DNA of 64,000 nucleotides from Bacteroidota bacterium (GCA_040386315.1 JAZKFS010000001.1:24099-88098); one strand, 5' to 3'. Numbered from the stretch's first letter, positions 1-9,912 are shown. Notes: generated by a model from the letters alone, not told the origin. A program made the numbers and translations.

Positions 1-2
1 CA

Positions 3-1322
3 AGCATTACTGCTGCGAAGGAAGCCGGTGCGACACTTCTGATCACGGTTGACTGCGGCATTACGTCCGTAGATGCAGTTGCGCTTGCCAATTCAATGGG
101 CTTTGACTGCATTATCGTTGACCATCATAAACCCGGCGAGGCGCTCCCTGACGCGCTTGCAATCCTTGACCCGATCAAACCCGGCTGTAATTATCCTTTT
201 AAATTCCTCGCAGCGTGCGGCGTTGTTTTTAAACTTTGCCAGGCGCTTGCCATTTCACGCGGTGAACCCGAACGCGCCTTCCTCTACCTCGACTTTGTTG
301 CAATCGCTTCCGCCGCCGATATCGTTCCAATTCTCGACGAAAACCGCATTTTAATGCACTTTGGGCTGGAGCTTTTAAATACTTTTCCGCGCCCGGGTTT
401 TAAAGGTTTGTTTGAATGCGCGGGAATTGAGATCGGTACGGTAAATACAGCAAGTATCGTCTATGGTTTAGCTCCGCGTATCAATGCTGCCGGACGTGTT
501 GGCAGTGCGCGCCGTGCTGTGGAAATGATGATCCAGAGCGATGAATTAGCCGCTTTCAGAATTGCACAGGAATTAGAACAGGAAAACCGCCGCCGCCGTG
601 CTTTTGACGAAGTTGCTTTCGACGATGCTTCACGCCGCGCCGATGAGTTTTTAAAAGATAGCGCCAAACGCTCGCTTGTACTGTATTCTGAGGACTGGCA
701 TGCTGGCGTCATCGGCATTGTGGCATCGCGTCTTGTAGAGCGCTTTAATATGCCGTCGGTGATGCTTACCAAATTTGACGATTACGCAAAAGGTTCAGCT
801 CGCAGCGTTCGCAGTTTTGATATTTTTTCGGCTTTAAAAAACTGTGAATCGCATTTGCAGGAATTCGGCGGACATAAGCACGCAGCCGGCGTTTCGCTTA
901 AAATCGACAATATTGACGCTTTCCGAGAAGCGTTTGATGAGCAGGCGCGCGGCGGAATTTCACAGGAAATGCTCCTGCCGGAAATAGTTATTGACACAGA
1001 ACTCCGCCTGAATGAGCTTTCTCCGGACTTTTTCCAGGTAATAAAAAAATTCGCTCCGTTCGGTCAACAAAATTTTAAACCTGTCTTCCATGCGAAAAAT
1101 GTGACCTCCGCAAACGGCGTTCGCATCGTGGGGAATAATCATTTAAAATTCCGCGCGCTCCAGTCAAACTTTGCTATTGATGCCATTGGCTTTAATCTGG
1201 GCGATAAGATTGAACATTGCACCGATGGAAAAATGTTCTCGCTCGCCTTCACGCTTGAAGAAAATACGTTCAACGGGCAGACTGCTCCACAATTACGGCT
1301 GAGGGATGTTCGTCCTGAGTGA
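3..1322 (+). CDS. recJ: Single-stranded-DNA-specific exonuclease RecJ (C-terminal part; the gene starts upstream of the window)
   Basis: The frame is open from base 3 and reads SITAAKEAGATLLITVDCGITSVDAVALANSMGFDCIIVDHHKPGE. This contains the DHH-family phosphoesterase motif (IIVDHH). It is followed by a DHHA1-like region, and the overall similarity to RecJ is clear. Confidence 0.9.
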   Translation, partial: SITAAKEAGATLLITVDCGITSVDAVALANSMGFDCIIVDHHKPGEALPDALAILDPIKPGCNYPFKFLAACGVVFKLCQALAISRGEPERAFLYLDFVAIASAADIVPILDENRILMHFGLELLNTFPRPGFKGLFECAGIEIGTVNTASIVYGLAPRINAAGRVGSARRAVEMMIQSDELAAFRIAQELEQENRRRRAFDEVAFDDASRRADEFLKDSAKRSLVLYSEDWHAGVIGIVASRLVERFNMPSVMLTKFDDYAKGSARSVRSFDIFSALKNCESHLQEFGGHKHAAGVSLKIDNIDAFREAFDEQARGGISQEMLLPEIVIDTELRLNELSPDFFQVIKKFAPFGQQNFKPVFHAKNVTSANGVRIVGNNHLKFRALQSNFAIDAIGFNLGDKIEHCTDGKMFSLAFTLEENTFNGQTAPQLRLRDVRPE

Positions 1323-1395
1323 CATTTTTAAAAGCTTTTAAAAAAATCTAACTCTTTTAAAAGCATAAAATAAGCACCACTCACTCCTGAAAAAT

Positions 1396-4300
1396 ATGCT
1401 CTCAACCGAAACGGCATCCGGCTACTACGAAGAACTCTCCGATATTATGACATCGGACGACGTGCCCGCGCGCGAAAAAATTCTCCGTTTTAAAAGCGTT
1501 CTGGGCGAACTCTATTCAGAGGTTCTTTCGGAGGAATTCCAGTTCTTCTCCAGCGTGTATGCGCAGTCGGTGTATATTTTTGATAAATTTGCTGTTCCGG
1601 AATCGCTCGTTCAGCAACTCCATGCGCTTCGCATTTATTCCAACAAGATCTACCACAGCACCTCGGTTTTCCCAACGGAAGATGACGTTTGTGCCGCATT
1701 ACAGGCGCTTTGCCTTGCAATCTCTCACTTCTCCGGGCTTGATATTCCTGCCTCGCTTTTAAAACATTACGCCGGGCGTGCGCTTTTAAAACACACGGCA
1801 TTTCGCAAAAGCGCCGAAAAGGAAACTGTCGGCTTTCTTGAAAGCGTCGTTTTAAAAGTTGGAAAGCTCGATGAAACGACCGCTATTCCCCGCTGCCCTG
1901 TGCGGCTGATGACGGAAGAATTCGGGCCGATCACTCTTGTTTTAAAAGATAAGCTCGCAGCTCTCGGACGCGCTTTATGGAAAGGCGCAGCGGTGAATTT
2001 ATTTGATATTGAGGCAATTCCGGACCGCGAGAATATTTTTGCAACGAACTCCTCCACGCTTGTCGTCATTGAGCCGGACGTGCTGATTGACGTAACGGAA
2101 ATAGCAGAATGTTTCCAGGGGAACGGCTCAAATCCTAAGCTCTACTTTTTAAAAAAGTTTTTTCCTGCCGAGCCAAGCGAAAGTATGGTGGTGGGAAATC
2201 TCGTGAACGCCTACTTTGACGCGCTTTTAAAAGACCCTGACGCCGATTTTGATTCCATTTTTGAGGAAGCTATACGCTATAAGCCGCTCTCTGCGCTTTT
2301 TCTTATGTACAAAGAGCCAGGCTGCATTGAGAAGATCAAGCAAGAGGTGCTTAAACATTTTTTTGCTTTAAAAGAAATCCTGCCGCAATTCCACTATGAT
2401 TCCATTAATGTCGAGCCGTCGTTCATTTCAGCGAAATATGGCTTACAAGGGCGCCTGGATGCGATGTTTGAATATAGCGATGATGAATTTCGTAAAACGA
2501 TTATAGAATTAAAATCCGGCAAGCCGCCCGCCTTGGATTATAATATTCAACCTGTTTCAGGTGGTACGTCAGCGCGGGGACTGTGGGTGAATCATTACGC
2601 GCAGACAACGTGCTATAACCTGCTTTTAGATTCGACGTTTGAACATCGCACGGGAAGTAGCCAGATTTTGTACTCGCAGGCACACCAGCACCCGGTTCGC
2701 AACGCTCCGAATATAGCTCAGCACAAGCAGGAAGTAATGATCTTGCGGAACTGGATCGTTGCTATTGAGCGCACGATTATGAATAATTACTGTGCGATTT
2801 TGGAATCATTTACTATTCCACGATTTGGCCTGGCGCCGTCATTCACACAGGAAAAGATCCATATTTTTGCCACCGTTTACGAAAATCTGAGTGAGCTGGA
2901 GCGCGAGTATTTCCATGCATTCCTGTCCTTCATCATACGTGAGCAAAATTCTTCGCGCATCGGCTCAGGCAGAAATAACGGTTTTTCCTCGCTCTGGAAG
3001 AATTCTCTGGAAGATAAACTTGCGCAAATGAGCATTCTGGCGCATCTGGAATTAGATATAGAGCAGTCTGACTTTGCCAACCTGCACCTCTGTTTTAAAA
3101 GAACGGAAGTTTCATCGCCTGTTTCGACAATTCGAAAAGGCGATATTGCCATTTTATATCCACTGTCCGATGACGGCGCGGCGCGGCCTCTGTCACATCA
3201 GATCATCAAGTGTTCCGTAAAAGACATCACGCCGTCGCATATTAGCGTCAGCCTGCGCAATAAACAAATTGATGAAGAATACTTTTTAAAAAGCGCGAGC
3301 TGGATTATCGAACCCGATGTAATGGAAAGCGGTTACGGCAGCATTATCCAATCGCTTTTTGCATTTCTGCGAACTGACACCCGGAAAAAAGAAATCATTT
3401 TAGGACTGCGCGAACCCCAATTTGGCGAGCAGCCAAACATCTCGGAAGAAGCTTTAAGTGGAGAACAAAACATTCTTTTAAATCAGGCACTTAGCACAAA
3501 CGACTATTTTTTACTTCAGGGGCCTCCGGGAACAGGAAAAACATCAGTGATGATGAAATCTATTGTTGAGTATTTGTATTTCAATACCGATGAAAACATC
3601 CTGCTCCTTGCCTTTACAAATCGCGCTGTAGATGAGATTTGCACTGCTGTTTCAAAGATTTCCGAAGATATTGAGTTTATCAGGATCGGCGGGAAAGATT
3701 CAACTTCTTTTAAAAATAAAACACTTAACGAGATTTCCAATCAATTTACTTTAAATGAGTTAAATCAAAATTTAAAGTCAAAACGTATTTTTATCGGGAC
3801 CGTTTCTTCGCTTCATTCCCATTCCGAGCTTTTAAAACTAAAAGATTTTCATACGACGATAGTTGACGAGGCATCGCAGCTTTTAGAACCGCATTTATTA
3901 TCAATTCTGGCAGCTTCCGGCAGATTTATTCTTATTGGTGATGAAAAGCAGCTGCCTGCAGTTGTTACTCAAAGGGAATTCACACAGGTGCATGACTCGC
4001 CTCTGCTTCAGTCAATAGGTCTGGAGCGCCTCAGCACTTCGCTTTTCGAGCGTCTCCTCCGCTGCTGTGCTGCGAACGGCTGGCATAATGCGTATGGAAT
4101 GCTTTCGCGTCAGGGCAGGATGCACCGCGATATTCAGTCATTTGTCAATACATTTTTCTACGATGGAAAACTTGAGACGATCAGCGACTGGCAGGAAGAT
4201 CCGGCGCAAAAATTCAGCGCTGATTCCGACAGTTCGATGGAGCGAACTATGTCCCAGTCGCGGCTTATTTTCATGCCCTCGCAGGCGGAAAAGCTTTTAA

Positions 4301-4740
4301 AAATAAATCATAGTGAAGCGGCTCAGGTAGCTGAACTCGTGCAATGTATCTATGATGTATACGGCGATCATTTTACAGAAAAGACCATTGGTATCATTAC
4401 ACCGTTCCGAAGCCAGAGCGCCGAGATATACCGCGCGCTTGATGAAAATATACGGAACAGTATCAGTATTGACACGGTAGAACGCTTTCAGGGCAGCGAG
4501 CGGGATATTATTATTCTCTCCTACGCTGTCAATAAAAAATCTCATCTGGCAATGGTAGAATCGCCTGTTATTATCAATGAAAAAGTAATTGACAGGAAAT
4601 TAAACGTAGCATTGACGCGGGCTAAACATCATTTAATTATTATTGGCGTTCCGGGAGTTTTTAAAGAATCAGAGACTTTCAGCAATCTTTTAAAGTATTG
4701 CTTTATACCCGAAGATTTAACTTTAACTGATTTAAAGTAG
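1396..4740 (+). CDS. Dna2/NAM7-like nuclease-helicase: N-terminal PD-(D/E)xK (RecB/Cas4-like) nuclease plus C-terminal SF1 helicase (AAA_11/AAA_12)
   Basis: Nuclease motifs are present: D...IIELK (ExK) and QTTCY (QxxxY) near aa 355-400. The helicase part has Walker A LLQGPPGTGKT, Walker B IVDEASQLLE, and C-terminal helicase motifs (VERFQGSERDIIILS, ALTRAKHHLIIIG). Confidence 0.75.
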   Translation: MLSTETASGYYEELSDIMTSDDVPAREKILRFKSVLGELYSEVLSEEFQFFSSVYAQSVYIFDKFAVPESLVQQLHALRIYSNKIYHSTSVFPTEDDVCAALQALCLAISHFSGLDIPASLLKHYAGRALLKHTAFRKSAEKETVGFLESVVLKVGKLDETTAIPRCPVRLMTEEFGPITLVLKDKLAALGRALWKGAAVNLFDIEAIPDRENIFATNSSTLVVIEPDVLIDVTEIAECFQGNGSNPKLYFLKKFFPAEPSESMVVGNLVNAYFDALLKDPDADFDSIFEEAIRYKPLSALFLMYKEPGCIEKIKQEVLKHFFALKEILPQFHYDSINVEPSFISAKYGLQGRLDAMFEYSDDEFRKTIIELKSGKPPALDYNIQPVSGGTSARGLWVNHYAQTTCYNLLLDSTFEHRTGSSQILYSQAHQHPVRNAPNIAQHKQEVMILRNWIVAIERTIMNNYCAILESFTIPRFGLAPSFTQEKIHIFATVYENLSELEREYFHAFLSFIIREQNSSRIGSGRNNGFSSLWKNSLEDKLAQMSILAHLELDIEQSDFANLHLCFKRTEVSSPVSTIRKGDIAILYPLSDDGAARPLSHQIIKCSVKDITPSHISVSLRNKQIDEEYFLKSASWIIEPDVMESGYGSIIQSLFAFLRTDTRKKEIILGLREPQFGEQPNISEEALSGEQNILLNQALSTNDYFLLQGPPGTGKTSVMMKSIVEYLYFNTDENILLLAFTNRAVDEICTAVSKISEDIEFIRIGGKDSTSFKNKTLNEISNQFTLNELNQNLKSKRIFIGTVSSLHSHSELLKLKDFHTTIVDEASQLLEPHLLSILAASGRFILIGDEKQLPAVVTQREFTQVHDSPLLQSIGLERLSTSLFERLLRCCAANGWHNAYGMLSRQGRMHRDIQSFVNTFFYDGKLETISDWQEDPAQKFSADSDSSMERTMSQSRLIFMPSQAEKLLKINHSEAAQVAELVQCIYDVYGDHFTEKTIGIITPFRSQSAEIYRALDENIRNSISIDTVERFQGSERDIIILSYAVNKKSHLAMVESPVIINEKVIDRKLNVALTRAKHHLIIIGVPGVFKESETFSNLLKYCFIPEDLTLTDLK

Positions 4741-4749
4741 CATATTTAT

Positions 4750-5502
4750 ATGGCCGGACATAGTAAATGGGCGAATATTAAGCACAAAAAAGCTGTAACG
4801 GATTTCCGTCGGGGCAAGATATTCACGCGCCTTGTAAAAGAGATCATCGTAGCTGCGCGGGAAGGTGGCGGCAATCCTGATAGTAATTCCCGCCTTCGTC
4901 TTGCAATCCAGAATGCACGCTCACAAAATGTACCATCGGAGAACATCAAACGCGGCATACAGCGCGGCACCGGCGAGATCGAAGGCCTGACGTATGAAGA
5001 GAACGTGTATGAAGGATTCGGGCCATCAGGAGTTTCTGTCCTCGTGCAGACGCTTACTGACAATCGCAACCGCACGGTAGCTGAGTTGCGTGCGCTTTTT
5101 AATAAACATGGCGGTACACTTGGCGAGGCCGGCTCTGTTGCATGGAATTTTCATCGTAAAGGGATTGTGCAAATTGACAGTAACGGCAGCACAGATGATG
5201 ATATCCTTATGCATGTTTTGGAATGTGGAGCAGATGACGCGGAATTTACTGATGAAAAGACTGCGCGTATTATATGCCCGCCCGAGCAATTAGCACAATG
5301 CCACAGGTATTTTGAAGATCAGAAATTTACCGTTTCAGAAGTAAAATTCGAATATCTGCCGAATACTTTTGTAAAGATTTTCACTCCCAATGATGCGCAG
5401 GTTTTCATGAAATTTCTCGATGCAGTTGAAGATTATGACGATACACAGGATGTTTTCACCAACGTTATTATTGACGATACAGCGATCAGCGACACCGAAT
5501 AA
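4750..5502 (+). CDS. yebC: YebC/PmpR family DNA-binding transcriptional regulator
   Basis: The N-terminus MAGHSKWANIKHKKAVTDFRRGKIFTRLVKEIIVAAREGGGNPDSNSRLRLAIQNA is diagnostic of the YebC (DUF28) family. The gene is adjacent to ruvC, as in many bacteria. Confidence 0.95.
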   Translation: MAGHSKWANIKHKKAVTDFRRGKIFTRLVKEIIVAAREGGGNPDSNSRLRLAIQNARSQNVPSENIKRGIQRGTGEIEGLTYEENVYEGFGPSGVSVLVQTLTDNRNRTVAELRALFNKHGGTLGEAGSVAWNFHRKGIVQIDSNGSTDDDILMHVLECGADDAEFTDEKTARIICPPEQLAQCHRYFEDQKFTVSEVKFEYLPNTFVKIFTPNDAQVFMKFLDAVEDYDDTQDVFTNVIIDDTAISDTE

Positions 5503-5609
5503 TTACCCTGTTTTTAAAATCTTTTGTAAATCTTTCCTTCTCATCGTATATTTAGCATAATTATCAGCAGCAGCATTGCCGGTAAAAGTTTTTAAAAGAG
5601 GAAATCATC

Positions 5610-6158
5610 ATGCGTGTATTGGGAATTGACCCCGGAAGCGTCGTCTGCGGCTACGGCGTCATAGAAAAAATCGGAGCAAAGATCACGCTCGTCGAGTACG
5701 GTGTGATCGAAGCAAAAAAAATACATCCTTCCCTGCAACTTCGCCTCGAAGCGATCTTCACGCGCCTGCAAAAAGTCGTTGAGCGTTCGCTGCCGGATGA
5801 GGCATCGCTGGAATCCCTTTTCTACGCAAAAAACCCGCAGTCGCTCATGAAACTCTCTCATGCGCGTGGCGTTGCAATGCTTGTGCCCACTCTAAAGCAA
5901 ATTCCCGTGACGGAATATTCCGCCCGCGAAGTAAAGCGCGCTGTGACAGGTAATGGAAATTCCAGTAAGGAACAAGTGCAGTTCATGGTGCGAACTCTGC
6001 TTAATATCGAGGAAACCCCGGAATTTTTCGACGCGACCGATGCGCTCGCTATTGCCATCTGTCACGCTTTTAAAGCAGCCAATCCTCAGTCCCGCGCCCG
6101 CTCGTGGAAGGATTTCATTGCGCAGAATCCGCAGCGTGTAGCGGCTGGTGCGAAGTAG
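5610..6158 (+). CDS. ruvC: Crossover junction endodeoxyribonuclease RuvC
   Basis: MRVLGIDPGSVVCGYGVIE with the catalytic Asp in LGIDPG, and a C-terminal ATDALAIAICHA motif. A Shine-Dalgarno-like AGAGGAAA precedes the ATG. Confidence 0.95.
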   Translation: MRVLGIDPGSVVCGYGVIEKIGAKITLVEYGVIEAKKIHPSLQLRLEAIFTRLQKVVERSLPDEASLESLFYAKNPQSLMKLSHARGVAMLVPTLKQIPVTEYSAREVKRAVTGNGNSSKEQVQFMVRTLLNIEETPEFFDATDALAIAICHAFKAANPQSRARSWKDFIAQNPQRVAAGAK

Positions 6159-6200
6159 TTTTTAAAAAGTATATTTCTCGACGTACTTTTTCTATTTATT

Positions 6201-6310
6201 ACCTTCCCAAAATCATTTTTTGCCTTCCCAAAATCATTTTTTGCCTTCCCAAAATCGTTTTTTGCCTTCCCAGAATCATTCCGGGACTTCCCAAAATCAT
6301 TCCGGGAAAG
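6201..6310. repeat. Five tandem copies of a 21-bp direct repeat (consensus CCTTCCCAAAATCATTTTTTG), the last two diverging to ...ATCATTCCGGGA
   Basis: Read directly from the sequence. The repeat lies just downstream of the ruvC stop and generates the spurious 76-aa ORF 6104..6334. Confidence 0.9.
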
Positions 6311-6430
6311 TCTTTTAAAAAGATCGGAGCATAAAAAAGGGTAGAATATTCCCGCCTTTTTAAAATCCTGCCCTTTCCGCCTGTGTAATGATAAATCTTT
6401 GGTTTTTAATGGAGTTTTTAAAAAATAGGA

Positions 6431-6519
6431 TTGTCATTCTGAGCATAGCGAAGAATCTAGGCCGGAATGGATAAACGCGAACTGCTGACGTAGATCCTTC
6501 GCTATGCTCAGGATGACAG
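6431..6519. repeat. Palindromic MITE-like element, copy 1 (TGTCATTCTGAGC...GCTCAGGATGACA hairpin family)
   Basis: A near-perfect inverted repeat: tgtcattctgagcatagcgaag...cttcgctatgctcaggatgaca. It has a conserved central core, AACGCGAACTGCTGACG. A partial copy (ccggacaagccggaatgacag) sits at 6556-6580. Confidence 0.85.
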
Positions 6520-6668
6520 ATATGGAATTTAATGCTTTGCCCTGTTTAAAAGAAAGATTCCGGACAAGCCGGAATGACAGAGTTTTGGAATGATTTTTAA
6601 AATCCCCCGCACTTTGGTAAATTGCCACCGCTACGACTTACACACCATACAAATAATTATAAAAGAAA

Positions 6669-9425
6669 ATGGCACTCAGCTGGAATGAAATAAAAGACCG
6701 CGCCCTCCATTTTTCAAAGGAATGGGCGAATACCTCAAATGAAGAAGCCGATGCAAAACCTTTTCTCGTTGAATTTTTTAATGTGTTCGGTATTTCCAGC
6801 CGGAAGGTGTCCACATTTGAGCATCGGGTAAAGAAACTCGACGATAAGGACGGCTATATAGACCTGCTGTGGAAGGGTACGATCCTTATTGAAATGAAAA
6901 GCCGGGGCAAGAACCTCGATAAAGCGTTCCAGCAGGCGAAGGACTATCTGCACGGCTTGAAACAGCATGAATTGCCCAAGTATATCCTTGTGTCGGACTT
7001 TGAAAAATTCCGGCTCACCGACCTTGAGGAGGAGAAAACCGTAGAATTTACGCTCGCGGAGCTGGTACATAATGTGCAGCACTTCGGCTACCTGCTGGGC
7101 TATCAGAAAAAAGTGTACAAGGAGCAGGATCCCGCGAATATCAAGGCCGCCGAGCTGATGGGAAAACTCCACGATAGTTTAAAAAGTATCGGCTACGACG
7201 GGCATCCGCTGGAAGTATATCTGGTGCGGATACTTTTTTGCCTTTTTGCCGAAGATACCACGATTTTTAATAAGCAGCAGTTCCAGGACTATATCGAGCA
7301 GCGGACGGGCGAGGACGGCAGCGACCTCGCGGCGCGTTTGCAGGAACTCTTCCAGGTGCTGAATACGGAAAAGGAGCGCCGTTTTAAAAACCTGGACGAG
7401 CAGCTGGCGGACTTTCCCTATGTGAACGGGAAATTATTCGAGGAAATACTGCCCACGGCGAGTTTTGACGCGCAGATGAGGCAGGCGCTGCTGAATTGCT
7501 GCTATATAGACTGGAGCAAAATCTCCCCCGCTATTTTCGGCTCCATGTTCCAGAGCGTGATGAACCCCGTCGAGCGGCGCAATCTCGGCGCGCACTACAC
7601 CAGCGAGACCAATATTTTAAAACTGATAAAGCCGCTTTTCCTCGATGAGCTGTGGCGGGAATTTGAGCTTTTAAAAAACAACAGGAACAAGCTCCCGGAA
7701 TTCCATAAAAAGCTCTCGGAGCTGGCCTTCCTCGACCCCGCGTGCGGCTGCGGCAATTTCCTCGTCATCACCTACCGCGAGCTGCGCCTGCTGGAAATAG
7801 AAATCCTGCGCGCCATGCTCAAAAGCGACCAGATAATCGCGGACGTGAGCGCATTTATCCGCCTCGACGTGGACAGGTTTTACGGCATAGAGTACGAGGA
7901 GTTTCCGGCGCGGATAGCGGAGGTGGCGATGTGGCTGATAGACCACCAGATGAATATGCTCATCAGCAACGAATTCGGGCAGTACTTCGCGCGGCTTCCT
8001 TTAAAAAAGGCGGCAAATATCACGCACGGTAACGCCCTGCGGCTGGATTGGGAAAGTATTGTGCCGAAGGATAAATTGTCGTTTATTCTGGGTAATCCGC
8101 CGTTTATTGGTTTTAAATTGCAGAATCAACAACAAAAAATTGATTTACAATGTGCTTTTGATAATACTCTAAACGTGGGTGTGCTTGATTATGTAACTGG
8201 TTGGTATATAAAAGCTGCTAAATACATTCAAGGTACGAATATTAAAGTTGGTTTAGTCTCCACAAATTCAATTGTACAAGGTGAACAAGTTAGTATTTTG
8301 TGGAATTCTTTAATAAATAAACATAATCTAAAAATTCACTTTGCGCATCGAACCTTTAAATGGAGTAATGAGGCAAAGGGTAATGCTGCCGTGTATTGTG
8401 TAATTATTGGCTTTGCAAATTTTGATACTCAAAACAAATCAATTTTTGAATATGAAGACATTAAAGGAGAAGCACATGAATTAAAAGTAAAGAATATTAA
8501 TCCTTATTTAGTTGATGCGAAGAATTTATTTATTGAAAAGCAATCTACTCCGATATGTAAAGCTCCTAAAATGAATTTGGCAAATTTGGCTTACGATTAC
8601 GGTTATTTAACTTTTACAAAAGAAGAAAAAGAAGAATTTCTTTTAAAAGAACCAAAGTCAGATAAATATATTAAGCCTGTAGTTTCTGCATATGAGTTTT
8701 TAAATAACAAAGAAAGATGGTGTCTTTGGTTAGTAGATGCTGATCCTAATGAAATCAAAAGAATGCCCGAGATTTTAAAAAGATTAGAATTAGTAGCGCA
8801 GAATAGAATTAAAAGTACAAGACCGCAAACTTTTAAAGGAGCTACAACACCAGGACTATTCGCTGAGATAAGACAACCGAAAGGTAATTATTTAGCTTTT
8901 CCAATTACAAGTTCTGAGAATCGAAATTATATTCCTATCGGCTTTTTTACAAGTGATTATATAACAAGTGCTGGAATTCACGTAATACCAAATGCTAATT
9001 TTTATCATTTTGGTGTTTTAACTTCAGCTATGCATATGGCTTGGGTTAGAAACATTTGCGGTCGTATGAAAAGTGATTTCAGATATTCAAATACTATCGT
9101 CTACAACAACTACCCGTGGCCGGAAACCCCGAGCGAGAAGCAGAAAGAAGCCATAGAGCGAGCAGCGCAGCGGGTATTGGACGTACGGGCGGAGTTTCCG
9201 GGCAGCTCGCTGGCGGACCTGTACGACCCGCTCACCATGCCGCCCGCCCTCGTCAGGGCGCACCGCGACCTGGACCGCGCCGTTGACCTCGCCTACCGCC
9301 CCCAGCCCTTCACCTCCGAGGCCCACAGGATGGAATATTTGTTTGAACTCTACGAAAAATACACGGCGAACCTCTTCACGGAGGAAAAGAAGAAGAAGGG
9401 GCGGAAAAAGGATGTGGCGGAATGA
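6669..9425 (+). CDS. Type IIL (MmeI-family) restriction-modification enzyme: PD-ExK endonuclease + gamma-class N6-adenine methyltransferase + target recognition domain in one 918-aa polypeptide
   Basis: The N-terminus MALSWNEIKDRALHFSKEWANTSNEEADAKPFLVEFFNVFGIS is typical of MmeI-like enzymes. The nuclease motif is D...LIEMKSRGK (D-ExK). The methyltransferase motif I is FLDPACGCGNFLV and motif IV is ILGNPPFIGF (NPPF). At 918 aa the size matches MmeI (919 aa). Confidence 0.85.
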   Translation: MALSWNEIKDRALHFSKEWANTSNEEADAKPFLVEFFNVFGISSRKVSTFEHRVKKLDDKDGYIDLLWKGTILIEMKSRGKNLDKAFQQAKDYLHGLKQHELPKYILVSDFEKFRLTDLEEEKTVEFTLAELVHNVQHFGYLLGYQKKVYKEQDPANIKAAELMGKLHDSLKSIGYDGHPLEVYLVRILFCLFAEDTTIFNKQQFQDYIEQRTGEDGSDLAARLQELFQVLNTEKERRFKNLDEQLADFPYVNGKLFEEILPTASFDAQMRQALLNCCYIDWSKISPAIFGSMFQSVMNPVERRNLGAHYTSETNILKLIKPLFLDELWREFELLKNNRNKLPEFHKKLSELAFLDPACGCGNFLVITYRELRLLEIEILRAMLKSDQIIADVSAFIRLDVDRFYGIEYEEFPARIAEVAMWLIDHQMNMLISNEFGQYFARLPLKKAANITHGNALRLDWESIVPKDKLSFILGNPPFIGFKLQNQQQKIDLQCAFDNTLNVGVLDYVTGWYIKAAKYIQGTNIKVGLVSTNSIVQGEQVSILWNSLINKHNLKIHFAHRTFKWSNEAKGNAAVYCVIIGFANFDTQNKSIFEYEDIKGEAHELKVKNINPYLVDAKNLFIEKQSTPICKAPKMNLANLAYDYGYLTFTKEEKEEFLLKEPKSDKYIKPVVSAYEFLNNKERWCLWLVDADPNEIKRMPEILKRLELVAQNRIKSTRPQTFKGATTPGLFAEIRQPKGNYLAFPITSSENRNYIPIGFFTSDYITSAGIHVIPNANFYHFGVLTSAMHMAWVRNICGRMKSDFRYSNTIVYNNYPWPETPSEKQKEAIERAAQRVLDVRAEFPGSSLADLYDPLTMPPALVRAHRDLDRAVDLAYRPQPFTSEAHRMEYLFELYEKYTANLFTEEKKKKGRKKDVAE

Positions 9426-9435
9426 TAATATTTAT

Positions 9436-9579
9436 TTGTCATTCCCCTGAAAAGGGGAATCAACGTTGGTTGGACGCGTCAGGATACAATTCTCGTTTTA
9501 AAAACAGCGCTTTTAAAATGTCATAACATCATTTTTCAACTTCTTCTGACGTTGATTCCCCTTTTCAGGGGAATGACAG
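9436..9579. repeat. Palindromic MITE-like element, copy 2 (longer variant; TGTCATTCCCCTGAAAAGGGGAATC...GATTCCCCTTTTCAGGGGAATGACA)
   Basis: It has the same terminal TGTCATTC / GAATGACA inverted repeats and the internal AACTTCTTCTGACG core as the other copies. Confidence 0.8.
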
Positions 9580-9600
9580 ATGTAAAAAACAACCACTACA

Positions 9601-9689
9601 TTGTCATTCTGAGCATCGCGAAGAATCCACGTTGGAATGACTGAACGCGAACTTTTGCCGTAGATTCTTCGCTCCGCTCAGAATGACAA
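9601..9689. repeat. Palindromic MITE-like element, copy 3
   Basis: ttgtcattctgagcatcgcgaagaatc...gattcttcgctccgctcagaatgacaa, with the central GAACGCGAACTTTTGCCG core. Confidence 0.85.
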
Positions 9690-9713
9690 TGCAGGTAAGA
9701 AAGAATTAATCGA

Positions 9714-9840
9714 AAAAATCCCCTCCTCGGAGGGGTGCCCATCGGGCGGGGTGGGTTCGCGTTGGATGGTCGCGCGATTGCTGACGATTGCTACTGTGAG
9801 CCCACCCCGGCCTGCGGCCACCCCTCCGGGGAGGGGATTT
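9714..9840. repeat. GC-rich long imperfect hairpin (aatcccctcctcggaggggtg ... cacccctccggggaggggatt)
   Basis: The terminal inverted repeats are about 20 bp. The composition is strikingly GC-rich relative to the flanks. The hairpin sits in the intergenic region between the MmeI-like gene and ispH. Confidence 0.7.
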
Positions 9841-9844
9841 TAAA

Positions 9845-9885
9845 AACAAAAAAGCAGTTCCCTTTTTTAAAAAGAAACTGCTTTT
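9845..9885. terminator. Bidirectional rho-independent terminator between the convergent MmeI-like gene and ispH
   Basis: aaaagcagttccc-ttttttaaaaa-gaaactgctttt forms a GC stem flanked by T/A runs on both strands. Confidence 0.6.
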
Positions 9886-9912
9886 AAAAACTTTTAAAAT
9901 ATTTTTAAAACC

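Noticed and set aside
461-1142. Minus-strand ORFs of 60-103 aa inside recJ; similar antisense ORFs inside most large genes (e.g. 1490..1801, 6735..7172, 13377..13991, 33325..33663, 44000..44350)
   Set aside because: They are fully overlapped by long, well-supported genes on the opposite strand or in another frame. They have no independent signals.
6104-6334. 76-aa ORF (…IIFCLPKIIFCLPKIVFCLP…)
   Set aside because: It is an artefact of translating the 21-bp tandem repeat. It has a periodic peptide and no start context.
6434-6628. 64-aa minus-strand ORF
   Set aside because: It lies entirely within palindromic MITE-like elements. This is a typical spurious ORF from hairpin repeats.
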